Below, piece after piece: positions 1-11,521 of a stretch of 64,000 nt of DNA. The DNA is from Prorocentrum cordatum. Its lineage: Eukaryota. The stretch covers positions 1 to 64,000 of the forward strand of contig CAUYUJ010000038.1 of the NCBI GenBank assembly GCA_963575745.1, read 5' to 3'. The translations under genes were made by a program, and so were the position numbers. A model generated the notes under the pieces. The model worked only from the letters and a program-made list of their open reading frames with translations. It made no database searches and was not told the DNA's origin. The number at the start of each line of letters is the position of its first letter. Position 1 is the stretch's first letter.

Positions 1-2
1 TC

Positions 3-24
3 TCCGTAGCCGTTTTGGCTCACA
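3..24 (+). other. Relict dinoflagellate spliced leader (DinoSL)
   Basis: TCCGTAGCCGTTTTGGCTCACA matches DinoSL DCCGTAGCCATTTTGGCTCAAG at 19/22 positions and lies ~105 bp upstream of ATG 129. Confidence 0.8.
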
Positions 25-128
25 CTTCAGGTTGTTCCGTTGACGCAATATCGTCAGGCATGGCCTGCCATCAGGCCAGCAGCCCGATCGTTAGGTTCGT
101 GGTAGCCCGCTTGGAATACTTGGCGTGC

Positions 129-1744
129 ATGTCTCAGTGCGGCAACCAGAATATGGCCACAATCTCTCAGAAAGTCATTGAGAGCATCTCGAGCCAGATA
201 TTCGTGACCGCTCTCAATGTGCAGGGCGGCACAGGGGTCATCCAGCTGGCCACCGCATCCGCACTTCTTTCGGAGGATCAGAAGTCGAGGCTGGCCGAGG
301 CCGTCGACACCAGGACCAACATGCTGGACGGTGCCAACATCGGCCGAGGCGCGTGCACCGCGCCCAAGCAGAATGCGATGCACATCGAGGTGGATCTGAA
401 GGGGTCGGACTGGCAGTTCTATTCGTCAAACGTTAGGGTGCAAGCCAAGTGCTCCACATGGCGGCCGTCATGATCCGCCTTCGCATCGCGAAGGCAACTT
501 GTCCCAGCTACGCCCATGCAACGGGTGTCGCGCTGCGCAAGCACCAGCCGCTCCCGTTGTCGGATTCCTACAGCCACACCAACGACTGGAAGGCCTATGT
601 TCGCAGGGGTGCGAATGGAGTTCAGAGGGGCCCAACGGGCTACCCCGTCTGCTTGCAGACCTTCAAGGACCAGAACCCGTCGCTGTACAACGAGGTCTAC
701 TCCATCGAGCCTCCAGTCGCTCCGAAGATCGACTCGGTGCAACTGTCGATGATGAGCAGCGGCCCATGCAGGAGCACCCGCACGGGAGTTCCGAGCGCCC
801 AGCGGTCTGCGTCCAAGAGCACCATGAGGCAGATGTTCCCGCCAGAACGTTCTTATGAACACGCGCCGTCTTGGGGGGCACCACACCCTCAGCAGCTTGC
901 GCCCCCGCCGCCGTCGGGCTGGGTACATCAGACGCGCGCAGCGCCGCATGCGATGGCACCTGCGCTGCCATGGCACGGTGCAGCATACGGCGGACCCTCG
1001 CCCGATGGGAGCCAATCGTCGGCCTTGAGTGGCGGGGTGGTGTCTCCTGGGGCTGGTTTGCAGCAGCCGTCGGCTTCTCCCGTGCTCGGTGCAGGCTGTC
1101 CAGGTACCACGCCGCCTGCTGATGGTGTGGCTTCGCAGCCCTCAGCTGGATTGGACACGCCGACCGCTGGCCCACCAACCTCTACCCCGTCACCCTCGGA
1201 CACGCTGCCAGCTAGCGGCCCCGTGGGGCCCAAGGGGAAGAAGAGCCTCGCTGACTTGACCGAGACCATCAGGAGCACGTTGATGAAGCGACCCGCGGCT
1301 GCGACCCACGGCCTGGAGGAGCTGGAGGTCGACCGCGACGAGGGCCAGGCCGAGACCGAGCCCAAGGCCACGCCCAAGGGCAAGGGCAAAACCAAGGGCA
1401 AGGCCAAAGGCAAAGCTGAAGCCACACCTACCAAAGCGAAAGCTCAGCCCAAAGCCTCGGCGAAGGGCTCGGCCAAGTCACATGGGAGCACCATGAACAA
1501 CGAGCTGAAGTTCTCCCCCAAGACTTCGGTTCCGCCCCGCCACCATGGCAGTGTGACCATCTACGCGATGCAGAAGGCACGCACGTGGAGGGCGAAGCCA
1601 GGAGTTGGCCGCCGAGATGACTGGGCCTTCCCCTGGGGCGCGGACCTCGCGACGATGAAGTCGCAGTGGACGAAGGTCGTGGCCTTGTTGAAGGATGTCA
1701 ACTACAACCCGAAGAAGCACGAGGCGCACGCGCGCTACCGCTAG
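129..1744 (+). pseudogene. Frameshifted gene of unknown function: P/S-rich middle, MKRPAA and K/A-rich basic tract, C-terminal aromatic motif; possibly a transposon accessory gene
   Basis: ORFs 15-473 and 449-1744 overlap in different frames and are intronless with coding-like composition. Motifs: LMKRPAAA, KATPKGKGKTKGKAKGKA, TIYAMQKARTWRAKP...DWAFPW. Headed by an SL relict. Confidence 0.5.
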
Positions 1745-1806
1745 GCTCGCCCGACGCTCTCGTCTCTTAGTGGCTCGGGCCCGACGCTCTCGTCTCTTAG
1801 TGGTTC
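1744..1806. repeat. Two-copy ~30-bp tandem repeat just after the stop codon
   Basis: GCCCGACGCTCTCGTCTCTTAGTGG occurs twice in tandem. Confidence 0.85.
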
Positions 1807-2054
1807 GGTGTTTTTTGTTTCTGATGCGCCCCGGGGCGCGCGTTTACTCGCGCAGGCATGTGGGATCAGCCTGCGTAGCAGCGGCGACAGTGACCAACCA
1901 GGTGCGCATTCGATCAGACGCGGGGCCGAGGCCCGCCAGTGGAGACACTAGCCGAATTGGCAGTGCTGATCTCTCCATGTCGTCACGCTGCCGACGTGCA
2001 TTGCTGCCGCTACCACATCGGGCACCGAGGGGCCCTTAAGCTCGCTCTTTTCCT

Positions 2055-2365
2055 GGATGAGGAGGGCGAGGAGGAGGGGGAGGATGAGGGGGAAGAGGTG
2101 GGGGAAGGAGAGATGAGGAGGAAGGGAAATAGGAGGAGAAGGAGGGAGGAGGAGGGGGAGGAGGAGAGGAGGAAGGATGATGAGGAGGGGGGGGAAGGGG
2201 TCGACGAGAGTGCAGTAGGAGGAGGAGGGGGGGTGGCCTCCTCCTCCTCCTCCTCCTCCTCCTCCCCTCCTCCTCCTCCTCCTCCCTCATTCGGCATCCT
2301 CCTCCTCCTCCTCCTCCTCCTGCTGTTCATCCTCCCCCTCCTCCCCCTCGCCCTCCTCCTCCAGG
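2055..2365. repeat. (GAG)n-rich tract followed by (CCT)n-rich tract (low-complexity foldback)
   Basis: Purine tract ~2055-2235 followed by the complementary pyrimidine tract to ~2365. Confidence 0.85.
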
Positions 2366-2489
2366 AAAAGAGCGAGCTTCGATGCATCGAGCCAAACCTC
2401 GAACCAAACCTGGACCAACTTTCCGCCCAATATTCGCACCACCAGCTCCTGCGCGCCATCCCTCTCCATCTCCTGGACCCCCCTCTCTC

Positions 2490-2508
2490 TAGCCAATGTG
2501 GGCTCAAG
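2490..2508 (+). other. Degenerate relict DinoSL 5 bp upstream of the transposase ATG
   Basis: TAGCCAATGTGGGCTCAAG versus SL 3' part TAGCCATTTTGGCTCAAG; ATG at 2514. Confidence 0.6.
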
Positions 2509-2513
2509 CTGTT

Positions 2514-4532
2514 ATGGCACTAGCTGTGCTCGACAGTCCAGGCCTATCCGATTTGACTAGCGCGTTGTTGGACGCGAATGTCGCCTCTCGCAGCGTCCTG
2601 GAGTCTGCCAGGCGCGTGAGGCAGGCTCGCGGGGTTCGGACGTTCTTCAGCAGCCACCTGCAGGCGCTGCGATCGCAAAACTTGCATTCGCTAGGGCACA
2701 CGGCCACGCCATACGGCACTCTGGCGCAACGAGAAACAGTTACAGGCAAGACAGGTTCTTTCGATATCGAGTATATATCGCCGCAGTCATGGCTGTACCA
2801 CGCGCCGGAGTCGTTCCCAGCTGTCAATGAGTTCTTCGCAGGCGTTGTTGCCGAGACTACAGGTGGACGTCTGCGGATAGCGCCCTACGTGGACAAAGCA
2901 ACCCCTGGGAACGACAAACGGCCAGACGCGGGGAGGAGCAGCGATTGTGTGTACTGGACGGCGCTGGACTATCCATCGTGGTATCGCTCACGATCAGAAG
3001 GGTGGACAACGTTCGCATACGTGCGGAAGAATGACATGGAAGACGCAGGCTCGACACACTCCATGTTGATGAAGTTTATTGCGTCGAAGTTCTCTGGATC
3101 AGAGTGCTGGTGCTTGAACAACGTTGGGATCAGAGTGAGTTTGAATGGGCATCGGCAACTAATCAAAGCATGCTTCGCATGCTTCCTGGCCGACTTTGAA
3201 GCACGCGCGAACGCCTTTAGCTTTAAAGGCGCGGCTGGTAGCGTGCCTTGTCCCAAGCGTAGGAACGTCGTCGGCAGGTGTATTTTTTTCGATAACGACC
3301 CCAATGTTGTTCATATATATGACCCTTCGTTCGACAGGGTAGAACCGAGATCGCACGACGATTTGCTGGAGGTCGCGGAGCAATTGTCGGACCCCGCGAC
3401 GAGGGGCAGGAATCGCGAGCTCAAGGATGCGCAACAGTACTCAGGGATCAGATATGATGGAGACGCACTGCCGTGGGACAAGGAGATGCTGGAGATTACG
3501 CGGCCTCCAACATGCATGCACATGGATTGGATGCACTGCTTGGCCGCATCAGATGGCATTGGGCAGTTTTTGCTGAACCGCGTGCTGTGGGCTCTTCTCG
3601 ACTACAACGCGGCGCTCACCTTGGAAATGGTCGACGAGTGGGCCAGCGATTTGAGGCGCCCTCGGGGCCGCCAACAGTTTCCAAAGAAGTTCTTCACTGA
3701 CCGATGCGCCCATGGAATTACAAAGCACATCCGCGCATTCGCGTCGGAGGTCCTCACGGGCGCGCTCGCGCTGTCTATGCGCATGGAAACGTTCGCGGGG
3801 CATGATCATGCATTGGGAGAACACCTTCTGTTTCTGAACATGCTCGTTGCGATCTTCGAGATGCTTGAGCGAGGGGGCCATTCGGACGCGAGGGCAACAA
3901 TGGAAGCATATCAACAGTTTGCCAAGCTGTATGCCAAGCTGTATCCAGAGTGCCTGAAGCCCAAGATACATTATACGTGGCACGCGCTGGAATCTTGGAG
4001 AGATTTTGGCATTCTCTTGCCGTGCTTCTCCACCGAGCGCAAGCATAGGACGTTCAAAAAACCATGTCGTTTGCGTACAAGTCTGCATACTCGACAGCAC
4101 TGGCCACGGAGCTCCGCCGAATGGCGAGCCATTTCTCCCAATGGAATACGTTTCAGAAGTGTTTCCTTTTTAGACCCAGTTCGTCGGACAAACAGGATGC
4201 TAGACTTGGGCGGTGGGAACCAAGCTACCGTCACCAATTGGTCCCTTGGCGTGAACACTCCCCGAGGTCGTTTCTTTAACAATGACTTGTTGTGCTGGAG
4301 GATCAATAACACTTGGCGCTGTGGTTTCGCAGTCGGGTTCATCAGAGGCCATTTTGGCATATTGCACGGCTTTGGCGCGCTTGTGCACACGTGTGCGCCG
4401 ATGGCAGGTACTTCTGCCTGGCGGAAAAGCGACGTTCTCTCATTTCTCGCAGTCGAACGCGTGATTTGTGCACTGACTTACTTGAGGTGCGATGAGAATT
4501 CATGCGAACTTCACTTTCCTTGTTCTTTTTGA
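2514..4532 (+). CDS. CACTA/EnSpm-like (CMC superfamily) DDE transposase, probably degenerate
   Basis: Ordered motifs typical of CMC transposases: YVDKATPGN, FLADFEAR..FKG..G..PCP, MDWMHCL...G, KPKIHYTWH, CFSTERKH. A likely compensating frameshift pair lies near 4060-4150 (alternative frame MSFAYKSAYSTALATELRR), and PCPKR stands where CxxC is expected. Confidence 0.7.
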   Translation: MALAVLDSPGLSDLTSALLDANVASRSVLESARRVRQARGVRTFFSSHLQALRSQNLHSLGHTATPYGTLAQRETVTGKTGSFDIEYISPQSWLYHAPESFPAVNEFFAGVVAETTGGRLRIAPYVDKATPGNDKRPDAGRSSDCVYWTALDYPSWYRSRSEGWTTFAYVRKNDMEDAGSTHSMLMKFIASKFSGSECWCLNNVGIRVSLNGHRQLIKACFACFLADFEARANAFSFKGAAGSVPCPKRRNVVGRCIFFDNDPNVVHIYDPSFDRVEPRSHDDLLEVAEQLSDPATRGRNRELKDAQQYSGIRYDGDALPWDKEMLEITRPPTCMHMDWMHCLAASDGIGQFLLNRVLWALLDYNAALTLEMVDEWASDLRRPRGRQQFPKKFFTDRCAHGITKHIRAFASEVLTGALALSMRMETFAGHDHALGEHLLFLNMLVAIFEMLERGGHSDARATMEAYQQFAKLYAKLYPECLKPKIHYTWHALESWRDFGILLPCFSTERKHRTFKKPCRLRTSLHTRQHWPRSSAEWRAISPNGIRFRSVSFLDPVRRTNRMLDLGGGNQATVTNWSLGVNTPRGRFFNNDLLCWRINNTWRCGFAVGFIRGHFGILHGFGALVHTCAPMAGTSAWRKSDVLSFLAVERVICALTYLRCDENSCELHFPCSF

Positions 4533-5122
4533 GCGTCGCTTCAGACGCTCGGCTGCGAAGCTGGCGAGGAATCCATCCTGCTCGTGGGTCCCTCCTGACC
4601 TCCCCCTCCTCCTCCTCCTCCTCCTCGTCCGCCTCCTCCTCCTCCTCCGCCTTCTCCTCCTCCTCTTTCCTCCTCCTCCTTCTCATCCTCCTTCCCCCGT
4701 CCTAGAGGCCCCGCGGGGAACCCCGACGGAACAAGAGACCTGTTCGAGCCAACGGGGCCCTCGCTCAAGACATCTAAAAGGAAAGTTGGACGCATGTTGA
4801 TTGCCACTGCGTTGGGTGCTCACGTCTCCTTTGGCGTTTTTTATCCTGGAGCCCTGAGGGCCACTCCGCCTGGCCCCTCCCCTATTCGTCGAGGCCTTGC
4901 GGCCTATCCGCAAACCCCTCTTGGGCGTTCATGGCAGTTCTAAGTGAAGGCAAGACCACGAGCCAAAATAAGTAGAACACATAGCATAAATTAACATAAA
5001 TTACCAACAATGACAACATAGTTATAAACCGTCCCCCCAAATGTTATAACACCTTTAACTTGGGACCATATGTAATTCCTTATAACTATGTTACAAAGAA
5101 TGTAAAACGCAAAATATACAAA

Positions 5123-5770
5123 GTACCGGTTCGACCCCCCCCCCCCCGTCCGGAAAACCGGGGGGGGCCACTACCGGTTCGAACCCTCCCCCCCCCGCAG
5201 CTCATCATGAAAAGGGGGGGGGTCACTACCGGTTCAAACCCCCTCCCCCCCCCCTCGAACTCGGAAACCGGGGGGGGTCACTACCGGTTCGAACCCCCCC
5301 CCCCCCTTCCTCGAAAACCGAGGGGGGGCGCGGACAGTGGCGGGGACAGTGGTGAGTGGACTGCGGGACAGTGGTGGGGGCAGTGGGTGAGGACAATGGT
5401 GGGAACAGTGGAGGCAGTGGGACAGTGGTGGGGACGGTGGTGGTGGGGACAGTGGTGTGGGGACAGTGGGAATGTGGTGGAAACAGTAGGACAGTGGAGG
5501 GTACAGTGGTGGTGGGGACAGTGGTGAAGGCGGTGGCGAGGACAGCGGTGGGAAAATGGGACAAGGTACAGTGGGGACAGTGGTGGGGACAGTGGTGACA
5601 GTGGTGGGAACAGTGGTTCGAACCAGTAGTGCCCCCCCCTTCGGTTTTCGAGGGGGGGGGGTTCGAACCGGTAGTGACCCCCCCCGGTTTTCGAGTTCGA
5701 GGGGGGGGGGGGGGGTAGGGAAGGGGGGGTTTTTTGCCGGGGGAAGGGGGGGGGGTCCAGCAGGGGGGGG
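5123..5770. mobile_element. Foldback/MITE-like element with modular inverted arms around a GTGGGGACA minisatellite
   Basis: Left arm repeats GGGGTCACTACCGGTTCGAACCCC (5123-5328). Right arm carries the reverse complement GGTTCGAACCGGTAGTGACCCC (5615-5715). The core 5330-5615 is (GTGGGGACA/GTG)n. Confidence 0.75.
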
Positions 5771-7799
5771 GATTTTCGGAGGGGGGGGGGGCATTGGCTC
5801 CGGAGGAAAAGGGCGGCAATTTTCCAAAGTAAAGCGGCGGTGGAACCTAAAGAAGGAACGAGGCCCTTTTTTCCCATGAGTTAAACTTCGATTCCCCATC
5901 GAAAACATAAGGGAAACCTGAGGCAAGCTGTGAAACACTTAAGGAACGCGGAGCCCCTCCCCAACGAAAAGGGTTCTTTCTTCAGGGCCCCGACTGTATT
6001 GATGGAGTCCCAGATCCCAGTCTATTTCAGGCGCCTTCCCACTTCAATGATCGAGTGGCTTCACCTTCTCCGTCTTCCCAAGGGTGCGGACGGAACGCAA
6101 TATTTTTTTCAACGCCATCCTACTTCATGGTTCTACCTACTTCGTCCGACCGGTGCGTAGTCGATGACTCGCGAAACCCTGAGCCTTGTAAAACGCACGG
6201 AACGGGTACTGCACATGATCGTTTCCATCATGCTAGATACCATTGTTTCTAACTGATGTTAACTGAAGTTCTCCATCCCCTGGAGTGTGTTCGCCTCGTG
6301 CGGGGTCGCGCTATTGGGTCTCCCTTCCTCCCCTCCCTCCCTCCCTCCCCCCTCCCCCCCTCCTCCCTCCTCCCTCCCTCCCTCCCTCCCCCCCTCCTCC
6401 CTCCTCCCTCCCTCCCTCCCTCCCTCCTTCAGCTGGTTCTTGGCGTGAGCCTCGCCCGCTGGGTCGCGCCGCCGCGCGCCTCCCGCGCCGTCGCCGACGC
6501 CGCCGGCGCTGGACGCCCGCCGTGTGCGCTCGGCCGAGGACCCTCTTCGTGGCGCGCGTCTCGACGCCGCAGCTGGGCTCGAAGGAGGCTGCCGCGAGGA
6601 CCCGCGCCTCGCGCGCGCTCTTCCAAGGGCCTCTTCTGGACGGCCACTGCCGCCCTGCAGGCGCCGCCCGCCCTTTCCCGCGCCTCCCGCTGCTGGCGGG
6701 GCCCCCCGCTGCCGCCCCTCGGCGGCGGCGCCGCCCGCGCGGTTGCGGCAGGAGGGCTGGCAAGGCGGAGCAGGCGGCGGCGATGATCACGGAGGACAAC
6801 AAGGGGGCCACGGAGGATGCGGCCAACGGCGGCTGCGGAGGCAGGGGGGCCCCCACGCCACCGCCCCCCCCGCTGGGCGACTCCTGGGCCGGCGGGCTGC
6901 CCTCGCGGCGGGCGTCGGCCCCAGTGGCGCCGGGCGCCGGGCGGCCTCCCGGCGGCGCGGGCCAGGCGTCTGGTGCGACCGCCGAGGCCTCGGCTGCTCA
7001 ACCCGGCGCGTCGCCCGACGACGTGGTGGCCCTCCCGCGTGCGGGGGGCTGCCCGCGCTTCTGGGCCCCCTGTGCCAGCAGGGCCTGCGGAACCGCGTCG
7101 CGGACCCCTTCTGGAGGAGAGCCCGGGGCGGCGAGGGTTGGCAGCGGGGTGCTGGCAGGGAGCTCAGGGGAGCTCGCCGCGCGGCGTGCAGGCCCGCCGC
7201 CTCTCTCCCCTCCCGTCCGCCACGCGGCAACCGCCTTGCCGTCTTTCCGGCTCTTCTGCACGGCTCCCTCCCGCTCCGCGCGGTCCGGCTGGGAGGCTCC
7301 GTGGCTGGGCCTCCCTCCCTCCTCGCTCCCCTCCCCGCCTCCTTACTTTGCCCGCCTGCGTTCTGCTTTGCTGCTCTACCTGCACCGCCACCCCCACTCG
7401 CGGCGACGCCGCGACGTCCCTCGAGTGCCCTCTGACCTTCAGCCCGTAAGCCTTCGAGTTAGCGCGGCTGCCCAGGCGGCCACCGACCTGCCGCGGAGGC
7501 GCCAACGCGCGGCCCAGGCGATAAGCTCGTTGGAGGAGGAGGAGGAGGAGGAGGAGGAGGAGGAGGAGGAGAAGGAGGAGGAGGAGGAGGAGGAGGCCCA
7601 TGACCGCTTCTGCCCATGCTTCGCTCGTGCGGGTGCCCGGAGGCTCCGCCTCCGTCCCCCCCTCCCGCCGAGGCCCTGCCTGCCCTGGCCCCCTCCCTCC
7701 TCCCACGGAGGCCTCTTTGAGGATGCCAAGGCGGCGGGGTGCCCCCCTTCCTCCCCAATTTCTTTCTCTCTCCCTGTTTTTTTGTTGGGGGGGGTGTTG

Positions 7800-7830
<31 letters not shown>

Positions 7831-8794
7831 ATCTCGAGACAGCATCATCCGTCAGAGCACAGCACCCTGCTCATGCCCTCCTCCCACCGCATCGACGGAA
7901 CCTCGTCAGCTCACTGGGCCGCGTACGCCTTCTAAGAAGGGCAGTGAGAATTTGCCCGAACTTCCCAGGGCACACGTTCGAGCCATCACGGGCCGTCTGC
8001 GGTTGTCATAGAGGCTGATCTCTCCAGGGCCCGTCGAGGTATTCACCCTCCCTTGGAGTGCTGTCGCAAGGGGTTCGGCTACGTCATTTGTAGGGCCTCG
8101 AGAACCCCATCGAACCCCTCCTCCTTCCCTCCTCCCTCCTCTTGCTCCTGCCCCCCTCCCTCCTCCCTCCCTCCCTCCCCCTCCCCAGCCTCCCTGGCTC
8201 AAGCCCTGCAGCCTGTGCCGCTGGCCCCGCGCGCCCCTCGCACGTGCTGATGCCGGGGGTGCGAGGACTTGCCTCTGTCGATGCGACTGCTCCGACTCGA
8301 AGGGTGCAGCGGAGGGCCCACGCCAAGAAACGCCCTGCTTGCTTACAGGGTGCCCTGGGTTTCTTGAGTTTCGATGGTTTTGCTGTGGAAGGCGTGACTT
8401 TCCCACGCGGCGTGGGCCTCAGGGTTGGATTTCTGGTAGAGGGTTTCGACCCCTGCCAGCTCGGCCCGACCTCGACTCTTCGGCGTGCCCACGAGCCGGC
8501 ACGGCCCGGTGCCTGCACGGCGTTGGCCGGTGGGATCCGCTCTCGACTCTGGTGCCGATGCGGCCAGATCCGATGCCTCGCGGCCGTTGCCGCCGACCCT
8601 GGAGGCCTCAGCCCTCGACGGAAATGGGAGGGAGATGGCGGGTCATGGGCCCGGGTGGGTGGCATTCTGACTCGGGCCCACCCTCCAGTGGCGTTGTTGT
8701 GCATCCTAGTGCAGCCGGTCGGATCTGATTTCTATTCTGGTGCCGATGCGGCAAGATCCGACGCACCTTTCGATTTGGGTTTCCATTCTCGACG

Positions 8795-8983
8795 AAGAAG
8801 AAATGGCATAAGCATAAACTGTTGGCGCTCCACGCGAATTTCTTGGATCCGCGCTGGGCCCCCCTGGCGGCGCCTCTGGCGCCGCCCCTGGCGCGCTCCG
8901 CGCGCCAGGGAGGGGGGTCCAGCGCAGATCCAAGAAATCCGCGCGGAGCGCCAAACGTTGATGTGTATGCCGTTTCCTTCTTC
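8795..8983. mobile_element. ~190-bp imperfect palindrome (hairpin MITE)
   Basis: Arm ..TGGCGCTCCACGCGAATTTCTTGGATCCGCGCTGGGCCCCCCTGGCG pairs with CGCCAGGGAGGGGGTCCAGCGCAGATCCAAGAAATCCGCGCGGAGCGCCA..; the outer ends GAAGAAGAAATGGCATA / TATGCCGTTTCCTTCTTC also pair. Confidence 0.75.
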
Positions 8984-9366
8984 AACATTCGGTGCTGATT
9001 GGTCTCGGGTTGGGCTAGGACACAGACTGATCGTTCCAGAGCGTTCTGGGCCGCTCTCTTTGAACGGCCGCCGCACCCGACACAGTCAGTCTCCAGAGCC
9101 GCTGGACCTCGGAGTTCCCGAGCTTGTCCCAGTCTCATGCTGTCCTGGTCTCGGCTGCGTCTTCCCAGGCATGCGACGTCCTGATTTTGTTCAGGACGGC
9201 ATCCCTGGAGGTCCCGACCCTTTCCCCAGGACAGGTTTTTCATCCTGAGCCGTCCTTTGACGGTCCCGAGGCCCGGCGAGGGCCCCCCGAGACCGAAATT
9301 TGCCAAGGTCCTCCCGTCCTGATTGGTTGTTCACGACGCGATCACGTCTGGGTTATGATCCTGCAG

Positions 9367-9437
9367 GATCGGAGTGCAGCGCATGGAGTCGACGTTCGTG
9401 ACAGCCTTCAACTCGTGCGGGTCCCCGAAGGCCCAGG
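9367..9437 (+). CDS. Candidate upstream exon of the Sec7 gene (IGVQRMESTFVTAFNSCGSPKAQ)
   Basis: Flanked by a CAG acceptor (9364-9366) and GC donors (9431 or 9438). FN...PK resembles the Sec7 N-terminal FNxxPxxG motif. The 9438 donor is phase-compatible with the exon at 37062. Confidence 0.3.
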
Positions 9438-11007
9438 GCGGCGGGCACGATGGGGGTGGCGCGAGGCTGGCAGCCCTCGAAGAAGGGAGGGGGGAGCTCC
9501 CATTCGAGGGAGCGCAGACACTTTGAGGAGGGCCGGTCGATCAGAGGAGGAAAAGGTACCCATACCACGACCCTCCGCCCGTTTTCTCCTTTTTGAGCCC
9601 TCTTGGAGGCCACCGCTGGATTCGCCTCGAAATTCTGGTCAGAACGAACCTGGGGAGAGGTCCGGGGAGTATCGGTATCGCTTCTTTTTGGGTCCCCAGT
9701 CGAGACAACGGTAAGGTGCGTGATCGTTTTCTGATTCGTTGCTTTGCCGATCGGCGCGGGCCCTCGCCCCCCCCCCCTCCCCCCCCTGGTGCAGATCATG
9801 CCTGTTTCTGGCGCCTGTTTCGAGCAGGTGGAGTCTACCCCACGGGACGCACTGCTGCAAACAGTCGCACTAAGCAGAGGTCCGGCGCCAGACCCCCCCC
9901 CCCCTCCCCCCCTTTCCGCCCAATGTCGAAACGCCGACTAAGATAAACGCTCACTACTCTGGGTCTCTTAATAAGCGTGGGGGGAACCCTCACGACGGGG
10001 GTCAACCTCGCCTCGTCGTCCCGCCGCGACGGGGGTCGGAGCGCCTTCGGCGCGCGGTGGCTACCCGCGACGGGGGCCGATGTGGGGCTGTCGGCGGGGA
10101 TGACGCCCCCCCGACGCTCATTTAGAAACTCGGAGGGTTCATGTGGCGTTGGCGCGCCAGCGACGCCGGCGAAGGCGTTCAAGGTTGAATTCTGCGACTC
10201 TCGAGCACCGAGGGGCACGGCAACGCCACTGGACCCGATTGAATTCAGCCTTGAACGATGGGGGCCGCCATCGGTTCAAGGGTGAGCGATCGACGCGGTA
10301 ACCAAAATCTTTGCGCGCACCGACGCCGCACAAACCTGCCGCAGTTGGCCTTTGGGGGCCCCCTTCGTCGCCACGGCTGGACTCGGCTCGGGAGACTAGC
10401 CCGTTTGGACCGTGGGAGGCGTCCGTGGACCGATTCGAGTTGCTGTTGTCTCCACTCTCCCTGCTCCGAAACATAAATTGCAGACGAAACCGAGTGCAAG
10501 GATCTAGGAGGAGGAGGAGGAGGGGGAGGAGGAGGAGGAGGAGGAGCAGGAGGAGGAGGAGGAGGAGGAGGAGGAGGAGGAGTAGGAGGAGGAGGAGGAG
10601 GAGGGTACCAACCAGAAGCCCACGCCGATCCTGGCCGTGCCGACCCTTGCATCCCTGCCTCTTCGGTGCATCCCTGGCTGCTTTCGAGGGCCCTCCGCGC
10701 AGGAGAAGGCTGCAGCACGGGCGCCCGCTGGGCCTGCAGCCTCATCGCGCATCCTTGCTATCGGCCTTGACCGTCGGGCGCGTGGAAAAGCGACGAGTCC
10801 CTTGTCCGTGCAGGGTCGGCGTGCTCCGCCGCCGACTGCGAGGCGGCAGTGGCCTCGCGCCTCGGGAGGCACCCTCCCCCGATCCGTGGCTCCTGCACCC
10901 GCGCCCCAGACCCACCCGTCCGTAAAATCAATGTCCGCGTGCGCCCGTCTCGGAAGCCCTCCCGTTTTCCAAGAAACCGTATTCGACGCCTCCGGGCCCT
11001 TGGACTG

Positions 11008-11175
11008 AGTCGGGCGTGTCCCTCTCTACAGGAGATTGCAAAATAGTCAAACAAATTAGTCTGAGGACGATTTGTACAGCATTCGTTTTTGACCATTTTT
11101 ATTTTGTTTTTTGTTGTTTGTTTTTCTTCTTTATATTTTCGTCGAAAATCGGCCTGTAGGGGGACATGCCCAACC
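11008..11175. mobile_element. MITE family A, copy 1
   Basis: TIRs GTCGGGCGTGTCCCTCTCTACAGG / CCTGTAGGGGGACATGCCCAACC around an AT-rich core. Confidence 0.75.
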
Positions 11176-11370
11176 CAAACCTATTCGTAATCAGTGTCCG
11201 TGTGCGCCCGTCTCGGGAAACCCTCCCGATTTTTCCAAGAAGCCGTATGTGACGCCTCCTGCTTCCGTCTCCTCAGCTTTCCTCCTACTTGTCCACTGAA
11301 CAAAAACGTGTTTGACGCCTCCGGGCCCTTGGAAGCCGGCCCACGCCCTTCGGAGAAGGGCGAGTGGATA

Positions 11371-11521
11371 GGGGGCCACATGCGAACCCTCCCCCTCCCC
11401 CCACGATTTCGGAGGGGGAGGGTGGCGTTAACTTCGTTCGAGAGCTCCCGAGCGAAGTGAACCCTACCCCTCTCCCCTCCGAAATCGTGGCGGGCAGGGG
11501 TAGGGTTCGCATGTGGCCCCC
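11371..11521. repeat. ~150-bp imperfect palindrome
   Basis: GGGGGCCACATGCGAACCCT...CCACGATTTCGGAGGGG pairs with CCCCTCCGAAATCGTGG...AGGGTTCGCATGTGGCCCCC. Confidence 0.8.

Noticed and set aside
1280..1480. DVNP or histone H1
   Set aside because: Only compositional lysine richness; no recognisable conserved core of either family.
8187..8203. SL relict AGCCTCCCTGGCTCAAG, and similar weak hits at 51918 (+) and ~4957 (-)
   Set aside because: Matches are short and no convincing ORF follows; they could be chance.
6256..9300. Long GC-rich ORFs (577 aa and 368 aa)
   Set aside because: Low-complexity, stop-poor sequence with no domain motifs; at most short exons are embedded.
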